From positions 318,946 through 331,334 of the forward strand of contig NW_003314401.1 in the NCBI RefSeq assembly GCF_000143415.4: 12,389 bases of DNA, in the 5' to 3' direction. Both the position numbers and the translations under genes were made by a program. The notes beneath the pieces were generated by a model. The model worked only from the letters and a program-made list of their open reading frames with translations, was not told where the DNA came from and did not search any database. Of the stretch, positions 1 through 8,567 are shown piece by piece (position 1 is the first letter of the stretch; every line of letters begins with the position of its first letter). The DNA comes from Selaginella moellendorffii (Eukaryota; Plantae; Lycopodiophyta).

Positions 1-1408
1 AAGCCACCTGCTTCGCCTCGCCACTCCTCCCTCGATCACAATGATGCCAAGCCAGACGAACACCATGTCGATCTAGCTCGACGTCGTCGCAGCCAAGCGG
101 TCCAACTCGAGCACGATGACCCGGCGTCGCTCATGGGTCACTCGCCTCCAAGGTGACTCCACTGCACAAGCTGAAGCCACCTGTTACACCCCAAGACGTG
201 ATGCTGTGTCTTGGAGCGCCTACCTCCCCAGTGTACTTCCAGCACTAAGTCGGTGCCCATTGCGAACAAACTCCAAGGCGTAGAACAAGCAAGGTGTGAG
301 CCTCCTCCAGCTCTAGACTAGAGCGTGCTACCTTGCCTCCCACACTAGACAAGTGCGCTGGCCCCCTTCAATGATATACGAGCCCCCGTTGCCGGCATCG
401 CGACAATCACAAGACTTGCAAGCCTCCGCAAACCTCCTCAAAGGACTAGCCCTGAAGCAAGAACCATGTGGGATCCCCTCCGCGAGCAAACCAACTTGGC
501 CATCTGCCACTGGCCCCCTTTGTGACAGCACTTCCCTGTCACTAGATCCAAAAATGCGCCCATAGTGTCTTCCACGTCCATCCACCACGGACACTTCGCT
601 ATGTCGGGATGTCGTCCCGAACTGTCCTCCACCAGTCAACAAAGTTCCCATGACTTGGTCGTGTTTCCACGACTCAAGTCGCCAAGAACTTCCGACACAT
701 GCAGCTTCACGCTCTCCGTACCTTAGTCGCCACCTTGCATGGCCCGACCTAAGGCGAGAAATCCCGCTCGAAGCTGCGAGACCAGCAACCGTCGCGTTTC
801 CACCATGTTGCTGCCGTGCCAACCACATGCAACGAAGATCCCTGACACTTAGAGTGGCCGGATCGAAGATCCCGCCGCCACCCTATGTCCTGCCCTAACC
901 GCAGTTAGCCAAGAACCCTAACCCTAGCCACGAATTAGGGCAGGTGAGAACTCTGAGACCGTGAAGAATTTTTGCCTGCGCTTCTGGGAGGGTGTGAGGC
1001 TCCCTCCCAGCTATCCCCCTGTGAATTTTTGTGGAAAAATTCCTAGCCGTTCAGGAGTTATGAGCTCCCAAAAAACTTGAAACCATGAGAAGCGAAAAAA
1101 GAAGAGGAGGAGAGGAGAGCGTCCAGCTGCTGCAGCCGTGGTGTTCCTGACTGCCCTCTCCACTCCTCCAAATCTCTAGGCCCCGAAAAACCCTAGCCGC
1201 CGCCGAAGAACCCTAAAAACAGCAGCGACCTAGGGCCAGCGAGATCTCCAGATCCGTGGCAGATCTCGCCGCGGCCTTCTAGGAGGATGAGAATCTACAC
1301 TCCTAGAAGCCCCCCGTCGAAGGAATCGAGGTTTCTCCCAGCCGTTTGGGAGATATCGATAAAAACGACAGAGAGCGAGAGAAAAGAGGAGAAAGAGGAG
1401 GGAGACCG
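1..1408 (-). mobile_element. Longer copy of putative element 'C' (only 1-223 confirmed by homology; extent to 1408 inferred)
   Basis: 1-223 matches 4827-5050; no recognisable ORF; CT-rich minus-strand stretch at ~1365-1405 resembles a plant 5' leader; abuts PLE sequence at 1409. Confidence 0.4.
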
Positions 1409-1457
1409 TTGTGCAATCCACATTCTCCGTGTGCCGTTGTCGAAACGGCATGATTGA

Positions 1458-1784
1458 TGCTATGATTGATGCTATCCTCCGGGACAGGGGGAAGCTCGAG
1501 AGGCTCGAGGAGTGGAAAAAAGCATGGCTGCCATGTTTTGGTAGAGGAGATCACAAGGAGGTTCGTTGGAGATGGCGCCCCCCGGAGTCGATCTTGCGGT
1601 CAGCACGAAGGGGGGATATGGATCTGGACGTGATACGACGGAGACGACCACAGCCGCTTCTACTGCAGGCCTAGTCTCACTTTAGATGAGGGAGATCACC
1701 ACTAGGTAGCATGAGCTTTGGGCAGCATGCCCAGTTTTTGTATTAGTCCCTACGGGACATTGGGGAATGTACATACACGTTTCA
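1458..1784 (+). mobile_element. 5'-truncated L1-clade insertion (subfamily B) in PLE copy 1
   Basis: Encodes ..WLPCFGRGDHKEVRWRWRPPESILRSARRGDMDLDVIRRRRPQPLLLQA*, homologous to the C-terminus of the 5180 ORF; flanked by 18-bp TSD TCGAAACGGCATGATTGA (1440-1457, 1785-1802). Confidence 0.9.
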
Positions 1785-1865
1785 TCGAAACGGCATGATT
1801 GAGAGCAAGTAGAGGAGGCAAAGGAATGAATTTTCATTCATTCGTGAGCGAGGGAGAGGACAAGA

Positions 1866-1918
1866 GACAACCCAAGACCGGTTTCGTCCTTTTTGGGACT
1901 CATCAGCCGGGTGTAGTC
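1866..1918 (-). ncRNA. Hammerhead ribozyme (PLE copy 1)
   Basis: Core intact; a stem I C>U change leaves a G-U pair. Confidence 0.87.
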
Positions 1919-2051
1919 GTCTAGTGTCTACCCTAACCCTAGCTCGGTGCCGACTCTACTTATATTTTGGCTCTGTCACGTGGCGCGAGTCCGTGTGGCG
2001 GCCATGCGAAGTGGCGTGGCAGCGTTGGGTCGCGAGGGTGCGAACGTAGCA

Positions 2052-2227
2052 TGAGGGGAGACTTGGACATCGACATGATTCGCTCGAGACGACCACGTCC
2101 ACTTCTACTCCAGGACTAGGTCTAGCTGCGGCATATGAGGATCACGTAGAGTAGCTCATGGAGAGGGCGGCACGCCCATTTTTTGTATTAGTCCCATTGG
2201 GACATGGGGAATGTACATACACGTTCA
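2052..2227 (+). mobile_element. 5'-truncated L1-clade insertion (subfamily A) in PLE copy 1
   Basis: Reverse complement of ~5072-5245; flanked by 20-bp TSD GCGAGGGTGCGAACGTAGCA (2032-2051, 2228-2247). Confidence 0.92.
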
Positions 2228-2953
2228 GCGAGGGTGCGAACGTAGCACAGCTGGTGTTGGTTACTCCACAGCAGTGGTAGTCGCGGAGAATGACTTCGGC
2301 GGATCGCCGAAGACAGTAAGCGTTCGTCCGGCGGGTGACGTACCTTTGACGCGAGATAACTTGTGAACGCGGCATGATATGATGCATGCATTACGTCCAC
2401 AATGCTTGTATCACTTGTACGTACCCGGCGACAAAAAACGTGGTTCACTTTGCAGGGAATATTCTCGGAATATTCCGTCGTTGACCGTTGACCCCGCGTT
2501 GACCGTGTGTGGACTGTGGTGGTGGAGGGCCTGAGGTCACTCATACATACCCGGAGTCCAGCGGTTGCGTCGGGGAGAGCCATCCCGCGAGCTGTCGGCG
2601 TGTGTCGCCGATGTCGAGGGAGCGGCACCGTTTTAACGGAATACACGCTTTTCCACGAGTCGTGTGTGGAGTTCAGAGTTGAAACTCACATATTCACGAT
2701 CGGAAGGAAGAGCGGAATCCAACGGTATATGCCGTTTTGACTCGGTCAACAGGGATACAGTCGGAATATTGGGGAATATTCCGTTCTGACCGTTGACTCC
2801 GCGTTGACCTGGCGTTGACTCGAAAGGGGGGTGGCCTGGAGTGACTTGGGACATACCTGAAGTCCATCGGCCAGACCCTGGGAGTCATAGGGTATGCGGA
2901 GAGGGATGCAAACATATGCTTCCGTGTCTTGCAAAGTGTGGTACAAGACGTGG

Positions 2954-3784
2954 CTAAGCTCGCGGAGGGAGCTTGGCCCTGACCAGGAACGAACCGAGGT
3001 TCGGGGAGCGTCTCCAACACGTAATCACTCGGGGGAGTGTGTCTGCGGGAGCTTCATCCATCACCTGTTTAGGGTTTAGGATGTCCCCCAAGCCTAGCTG
3101 CGCGCTGTGGAGTGTGTAAGGCAGCTTGAAGGCGAGGGGGGCCCGTCGACAGGCGTCGCTAGAGCGGCGCGAACGTGCAAGGAGAGCTTGATGTCGCTGG
3201 TCGTAGGAGATGCCGGAGAAGCAGTGATGGAGGAAGGAGGTCGGGTATCCCCGGGCACGGAGGCGGTGGTAGAACCGCGTGCGCATGGTGTGGAATCCAT
3301 CGGCCGTGCTCTCGCGGAGGAGGTATCTGCAGAGCTCGCTGCGGATGAATGCCACCTTCTGGTGACGTGGGTGAACCGACGTCCAAGGGAGGTACTGGTA
3401 GGCATTGAGGGGCTTCTGGAACGTGGACGAGTCGAGGCAGCCTGTCTCTTCAAAGCGAGGGCCTTTGAAGAAGTGGATATCGAGGATATCCAACTCTTCG
3501 AGCGAGATCACCGAGGTGATCTTGATCGAAGGACACAGCGTGCCGTATCCTCGGAGCCATCGTTCGAGGCCTGCTCGTGTACCTGTCCAAATGCCCACTC
3601 CGTCATCTATGTACCTTCGTAGATAGAAGGGCCAGTCGTTGGTGGCGTGCTTGTACTCGGCTTCAAGAGAGCAGAGGAAGAGACAAGCGTAGACCACCGC
3701 AAAGTTGGAGCCCATCGCTGTGCCGCGGATCTGCTGGTAGATGTTACCGTCAAACTCCACGTAGTTGTGCTCCAGGACGAGGGC
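2954..3784 (-). pseudogene. 5'-truncated PLE RT (C-terminal ~275 codons, frame intact)
   Basis: Near-identical protein to the C-terminal half of the 10477 ORF (GTAMGS, RYIDD); cut by telomeric repeats at 3785. Confidence 0.9.
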
Positions 3785-3900
3785 TTTAGGGTTTAGGGTT
3801 TAGGGTTAGGGTTTAGGGTTTAGGGTTTAGGGTTTTAGGGTTTAGGGTTTAGGGTTTAGGGTTTAGGGTTTAGGGTTTAGGCGCGTTTAGGCGTTTAGGG
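3785..3900 (+). repeat. Telomeric (TTTAGGG)n tract 1 with terminal variant repeats
   Basis: Direct reading; ends TTTAGGCGCGTTTAGGCGTTTAGGG. Confidence 0.98.
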
Positions 3901-4547
3901 TCAAAGACACCCCGCAGTGTTGCAATCCGGCGAGATTGCGGCACCACTTTGTGCAATCCACATTCTCCGTGTGCCGTTGTCGAGACGGCATGATCGAGAG
4001 CAAGTAGAGGAGGCAAGGGAATGAATTTTCATTCATTCGTGAGCGAGGGAGAGGACAAGAGACAACCCGAGACTGGTTTCGTCCTTTTTGGGACTCATCA
4101 GCCGGGTGTAGTCGTCTAGTGTCTACCCTAACCCTAGCTCGGTGCCGACTCTACTTATATTTTGGCTCTGTCACGTGGCGCAAGTCCGTGTGGCGGCAAT
4201 GCAAAGTGGCGTGGCAGCGTTGGCTCGCGAGGGTGCGAACGTAGCACAGCTGGTGTTGGTTACTCCACAGCAGTGGTAGTCGCGGAGAATGACTTCGGCT
4301 AATTGCCGAAGACAGTAAGCATTTGTCCAGCGGGTGACGTACCTTCGACGCAAGATAACTTGTAAACGCGGCATGATATGATGCATGCGTTACGTCCACA
4401 ATGCTTGTGTCACTCGTACGTACCCGGCGACGAAAAACGTGGTTCACTTTGCAGGGAATATTCTGGGAATATTCCGTCGTTGACCGTTGACCCTGCGTTG
4501 ACCGTGTGTGGACTGGGATGGTGGAGGGCCTGAGGTCACTCATACAT
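3901..4547 (-). mobile_element. PLE copy 2, truncated within the 3' UTR
   Basis: Aligns to 8015 onward with scattered substitutions until ...GGTCACTCATACAT, then switches to unrelated sequence without a telomeric cap. Confidence 0.9.
4061..4113 (-). ncRNA. Hammerhead ribozyme (PLE copy 2; stem III variant ACCAGU)
   Basis: Core intact; one substitution breaks the stem III palindrome. Confidence 0.82.
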
Positions 4548-4678
4548 GTTCCGTGAACTGCTCACTGTTCCAAAAGACGATACCACCGCTTGCAGGCTTC
4601 GGCAAGAACAAGTGCAGACAATCTGTGCTATCTCCACCCTGACTCAAGTCCATGCAGCGCCCAATCCGGCGAGATCGC

Positions 4679-5054
4679 TAAACATGTATGTACATTACCC
4701 CAATCCCAAAGGGATCAAAACAACATTGAGAGCGCACTCTCGAAGAAACTAGTGAAACTATGAGCGCGAACGCCCGGCGCTGCTCTTGGGCCATCCGCCT
4801 CCCAGGTGACTCCACCGCGGAGCTTGAAGCCACCTGCTTCGCCTTGCCACTCCTCCACTCGGTCACAATGGTGTCAAGCCAGACGAACACCATGTCGATC
4901 TAGCTCGACGTCGTCGCAGCCAAGCAGTCCAACTCGAGCACGATGACCCGGCGTCGCTCATGGGTCACTCGCCTCCAAGGTGACTCCACTGCACAAGCTG
5001 AAGCCACCTGTTACGCCCCAAGACGTGATGCTGTGTCTTGGAGCGCCTACGTCC
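4679..5054 (-). mobile_element. Putative non-autonomous (SINE-like) element 'C', 3' fragment, sharing the LINE 3' tail
   Basis: Its minus-strand end ATCCCTTTGGGATTGGGGTAATGTACATACATGTTTA resembles the LINE end GTCCCATTGGGACATGGGGAATGTACATACACGTTCA; the body shows no similarity to the LINE ORF; 4827-5050 is repeated at 1-223. Confidence 0.6.
4774..5010. repeat. Degenerate direct repeat (~60 bp conserved block, ~174 bp spacing) inside element C
   Basis: GCCTCC(C/A)AGGTGACTCCAC..AGCT(T)GAAGCCACCTG at ~4797-4836 and ~4971-5010; AAGCCACCTG also at 1-10 and 174-183. Confidence 0.7.
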
Positions 5055-5071
5055 CAATCCGGCGAGATCGC

Positions 5072-7727
5072 TGAACGTGTATGTACATTCCCCATGTCCC
5101 AATGGGACTAATACAAAAAATGGGCGTGCCGCCCTCTCCATGAGCTACTCTACGTGATCCTCATATGCCGCAGCTAGACCTAGTCCTGGAGTAGAAGTGG
5201 ACGTGGTCGTCTCGAGCGAATCATGTCGATGTCCAAGTCTCCCCCACGAGCTGACCTTAGAACAGAGTCTGGGGGGCGCCATTGCCAGCGAATCTCGCCA
5301 CCTCCCGATTTGCCGAAGCATGGGAGCCACCTAGATCTCCACTCCTCGAGCTGCCTCGGTTTCGCCCGCTCTTTCAGGATGGTGTAGTGAAGACGCACCG
5401 CTGCAAGAGTGAGTCTCCACCATGATGCCACCACTGCCGATATTCTCGCTTGTTGCCCATCAAAGCGACAGTGGTTCCGCGCCTCCCAAAGTGCCTGCAG
5501 TCCTGTTGCCCTCCAAATGGACCAGCGCTCTTGGCCCAACGCCTCCCAGATGGACATCCCAACTTCAGCCCCTGTCACGTCCCACCGGACTCGCATGTTC
5601 CATCGGTGCCGTCCGTAGCAGCGAATACGCCTCCAAGCTGGACCAATGGCTGGGCCTCTGGCTCCCTCAAACCAGTGGAGGATATCCCCACTCCGAGCCT
5701 CAAACTCTGGAATGTCTCCGAGTTCCTGCGTCGCCTTGAAGATCTGTCGCCAAACTTCTCTCGCCACGTCGCATTCCCATAGGACATGTCGCGCTGTCTC
5801 CAACTCGCCACACTCCTTGCACCGTCGGCATGCTTCTTCCTGGAACCGCTGTCCTACCGGCAGCCCGTTATTTGCCACCAACCAAGAGGTGGCCTTGACT
5901 TTCTCCTGTACCGGTAGTTTCCAGAACGCAAGCGTGTTGCCCACCACCTGATTTGCTTCAACTCCTTGCTCGATCCATTTCTTCCAGAGCTTGGGGATCT
6001 CCCCTCGGGCCTCCTCCCTGCTGGTCAAGAGACCATCCCTTGCTTCCTTGACGCCGAAGGAGAAGAAGCTCCTCGCTCCTCGTTTCCATGCTGCGGGGTC
6101 CCAATCCAGATCCTCGATGAGCTGCTGTCGCCACCATCTAAGAATGCCTTCCCCTTCTAGTGCAGCCAACGATTGAACCACCACCGATTGTTTCGGAGCC
6201 TGTCGTATTACTCGAATCCTACCCTTGACCTCGTCATCCGTCACCATCGGCATGACCTGTTCGTCCCCTGCTGGCAACAGCATGTCGCCTCTCAAGACTC
6301 GAAAAGGACGCCCAACATTTTGGTCTGGAGACACAACGAACCATACCTCCACATCCCTGTCCTCCCAAGCTGGTGTTGGGGCCGTAAACGCCCGTGTCCA
6401 GGCCCCCAAGCTAACTCGTTCCCTGTCTGGCTCCACGTCCCGTTGCAGAGCCACAAAGTCTCCAGATTTGAGACAACGCCTAGGCCAGAGCTGCCCCTGC
6501 TTCGCCTCACTCACTGCTCTGATAATGCGAAGAAGATCAAGGTGGACTTTCCTCCACCGTCCCGGGTTAAAGACCTGCATATGCCTCGTAGTCTTCCTCC
6601 TGTCCTTGTCCAGAACCCGCACCAGCTGCTTGAGAGTTCGGAAGCCTGCGCTATGTAGCTTTCTCCAGATTGTGTAGTGGTCCTCCCTGCCCAGCGTCCT
6701 ATCATCCAGTTTGAAGAGGTCGTTGAAGAACAGGGGCTGGTTCAGCCAGTCCTCTGCTCGCCCTGGCAATTCCCTGCTGACTGGAAACGCGCTCCATAAC
6801 CGGAGAAACCCTTGGACTAGAGTGCCGCCCTTGACTACTTGCTTCGGCCCCTCGGCAAAGAGCCAACGTGGATCTTCTTCCCACGGTCTTGCAGTGTTGT
6901 GCTTGGGCCGGATTGCCAACAAGTTCTGCCTAAACATGAGTCTCCAAGGTTGATTACCTGGTTGAAGGCCCATGAGGAGGATTTTGTACCGTAGCGCCTT
7001 CGCCATGTCACTCGGATCGATTACTCCAAGTCCTCCCAAGACTCGCGGACGTGCTGTAGATTGCCACGCGACCTTGGCCATGCTCCTCCCTGTGACCAGA
7101 GCGCCCCGCCACAAATACTGACGGACCATCGTGCGTACCTTTCTAAGAGTGCGTTCTGGAACAGGCCAGATGGAGAGGTGGTACCAGATGCCAGGCAGAA
7201 TGATGCTCCTAGCGACTACCACTCTCGCTGGCAAGCCGAGTTTCCGGGGAGCCCACTTCTGGATTGACGTTCGTACCCGTCGGAGCAAGGTGTCATCCTG
7301 AAGTGCTGCACTGAACCGAGTACCAACCTGGATCCCCAGGTACCTAGCGTCTTCTCCTGGTTTGAGCCACTGGAAGCCAATGTCCTGCCCCCAAGATTCG
7401 ATGCCTGGTCGCCCCCAATTTATGCCCACTGATTTGTTCCAGTTAATTGCTGCACCAGCCGCGAGGTTGAACGTCTCCAGCACCTTCTTAGCTGCATCCA
7501 TGTTCTCCTTAGTCGCAAGTAGGAACAAGGCAGTGTCGTCCGCAAAAGCACCATCAAGGAGTTCCCGAGACACCCTTGTGGTTCCCGGAAGTTGCTGTCT
7601 CGCAGCCGGCAGTGTGAGTCCTTTAATGCGTCCGCCTTCCGCTAGAAACGTGCCCAGGGCCTCAGCCACAATCAGAAAAAGATAGGGTGCTAGTGGACAC
7701 CCTTGGCGTACTGAACGTCCCAGCCGG
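5072..7727 (-). mobile_element. L1-clade non-LTR retrotransposon (subfamily A), 5'-truncated inside RT and capped by telomeric repeats
   Basis: Intact ORF2 remnant plus ~108 nt 3' UTR ending ...GTACATACACGTTCA with no poly(A). Confidence 0.88.
5180..7726 (-). CDS. L1/Tx1-like ORF2 fragment: RT C-terminal half plus CCHC zinc knuckle (no start; truncated)
   Basis: Frame extends upstream of the track start to RLGRSVRQGCPLAPYLF; FADD, YLGI, KVAW..GGLG, CKECGELETARHVLWEC and LWEARN motifs typical of L1-clade ORF2. Confidence 0.9.
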   Translation of the reverse strand, partial: RLGRSVRQGCPLAPYLFLIVAEALGTFLAEGGRIKGLTLPAARQQLPGTTRVSRELLDGAFADDTALFLLATKENMDAAKKVLETFNLAAGAAINWNKSVGINWGRPGIESWGQDIGFQWLKPGEDARYLGIQVGTRFSAALQDDTLLRRVRTSIQKWAPRKLGLPARVVVARSIILPGIWYHLSIWPVPERTLRKVRTMVRQYLWRGALVTGRSMAKVAWQSTARPRVLGGLGVIDPSDMAKALRYKILLMGLQPGNQPWRLMFRQNLLAIRPKHNTARPWEEDPRWLFAEGPKQVVKGGTLVQGFLRLWSAFPVSRELPGRAEDWLNQPLFFNDLFKLDDRTLGREDHYTIWRKLHSAGFRTLKQLVRVLDKDRRKTTRHMQVFNPGRWRKVHLDLLRIIRAVSEAKQGQLWPRRCLKSGDFVALQRDVEPDRERVSLGAWTRAFTAPTPAWEDRDVEVWFVVSPDQNVGRPFRVLRGDMLLPAGDEQVMPMVTDDEVKGRIRVIRQAPKQSVVVQSLAALEGEGILRWWRQQLIEDLDWDPAAWKRGARSFFSFGVKEARDGLLTSREEARGEIPKLWKKWIEQGVEANQVVGNTLAFWKLPVQEKVKATSWLVANNGLPVGQRFQEEACRRCKECGELETARHVLWECDVAREVWRQIFKATQELGDIPEFEARSGDILHWFEGARGPAIGPAWRRIRCYGRHRWNMRVRWDVTGAEVGMSIWEALGQERWSIWRATGLQALWEARNHCRFDGQQARISAVVASWWRLTLAAVRLHYTILKERAKPRQLEEWRSRWLPCFGKSGGGEIRWQWRPPDSVLRSARGGDLDIDMIRSRRPRPLLLQD

Positions 7728-8014
7728 TTTAGGGTTTAGGGTTTAGGGTTTAGGGTTTAGGGTTTAGGGTTTAGGGTTTAGGGTTTTAGGGTTTAGGGTT
7801 TAGGGGTTTAGGGTTTAGGGTTTAGGGTTTAGGGTTTAGGGTTTAGGGTTTAGGGTTTAGGGTTTAGGGTTTAGGGTTTAGGGTTTAGGGTTTAGGGTTT
7901 AGGGTTTAGGGTTTAGGGTTTAGGGTTTAGGGTTTTAGGGTTTAGGGTTTAGGGTTTAGGGTTTAGGGTTTAGGGTTTAGGGTTTAGGATTTAGGCGCGT
8001 TTAGGCGTTTAGGG
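7728..8014 (+). repeat. Telomeric (TTTAGGG)n tract 2
   Basis: Direct reading; ends TTTAGGATTTAGGCGCGTTTAGGCGTTTAGGG. Confidence 0.98.
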
Positions 8015-8174
8015 TCAAAGACACCCCGCAGTGCTGCAATCCGGCGAGATCGCGGCACCACTTTGTGCAATCCACATTCTCCGTGTGCCGTTGTCGAAAC
8101 GGCGTGATCGAGAGCAAGTAGAGGATGCGAGGGAATGAATTTTCATTCATTCGTGAGCGAGGGAGAGGACAAGA

Positions 8175-8227
8175 GACAACCCGAGACCGGTTTCGTCCTT
8201 TTTGGGACTCATCAGCCGGGTGTAGTC
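8175..8227 (-). ncRNA. Minimal type-I hammerhead ribozyme (PLE copy 3)
   Basis: Same sequence as copy 4; predicted cleavage between 8185 and 8184. Confidence 0.9.
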
Positions 8228-8567
8228 GTCTAGTGTCTACCCTAACCCTAGCTCGGTGCCGACTCTACTTATATTTTGGCTCTGTCACGTGGCGCGAGTC
8301 CGTGTGGCGGCCATGCGAAGTGGCGTGGCAGCGTTGGCTCGCGAGGTTGCGAACGTAGCACAGCTGGTGTTGGTTACTCCACAGCAGTGGTAGTCGCGGA
8401 GAATGACTTCGGCGGATCGCCGAAGACAGTAAGCGTTCGGCCGGCGGGTGACGTACCTTTGACGCAAGATAACTTGTAAACGCAGCATGATATGATGCAT
8501 GCGTTACGTCCACAATGCTTGTGTCACTCGTACGTACCCGGCGACGAAAAACGTGGTCCACTTTGCA

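Larger units (their letters stand above)
1409..3784 (-). mobile_element. PLE copy 1, 5'-truncated in RT, lacking its extreme 3' end, interrupted by two LINE insertions
   Basis: Aligns to copy 4 from TTGTGCAATCCAC to ...GGACGAGGGC, apart from inserts at 1458-1784 and 2052-2227. Confidence 0.92.

Noticed and set aside
328-828. 166-aa minus ORF in the left element
   Set aside because: Non-ATG start and no recognisable motif; not supportable as a gene.
7728-8014. CRISPR-like or coded pattern in irregular repeats (TTTTAGGG, TTTAGGGG, TTAGGG)
   Set aside because: Sporadic single-base slips consistent with telomerase or sequencing error; only the terminal variants are reproducible.
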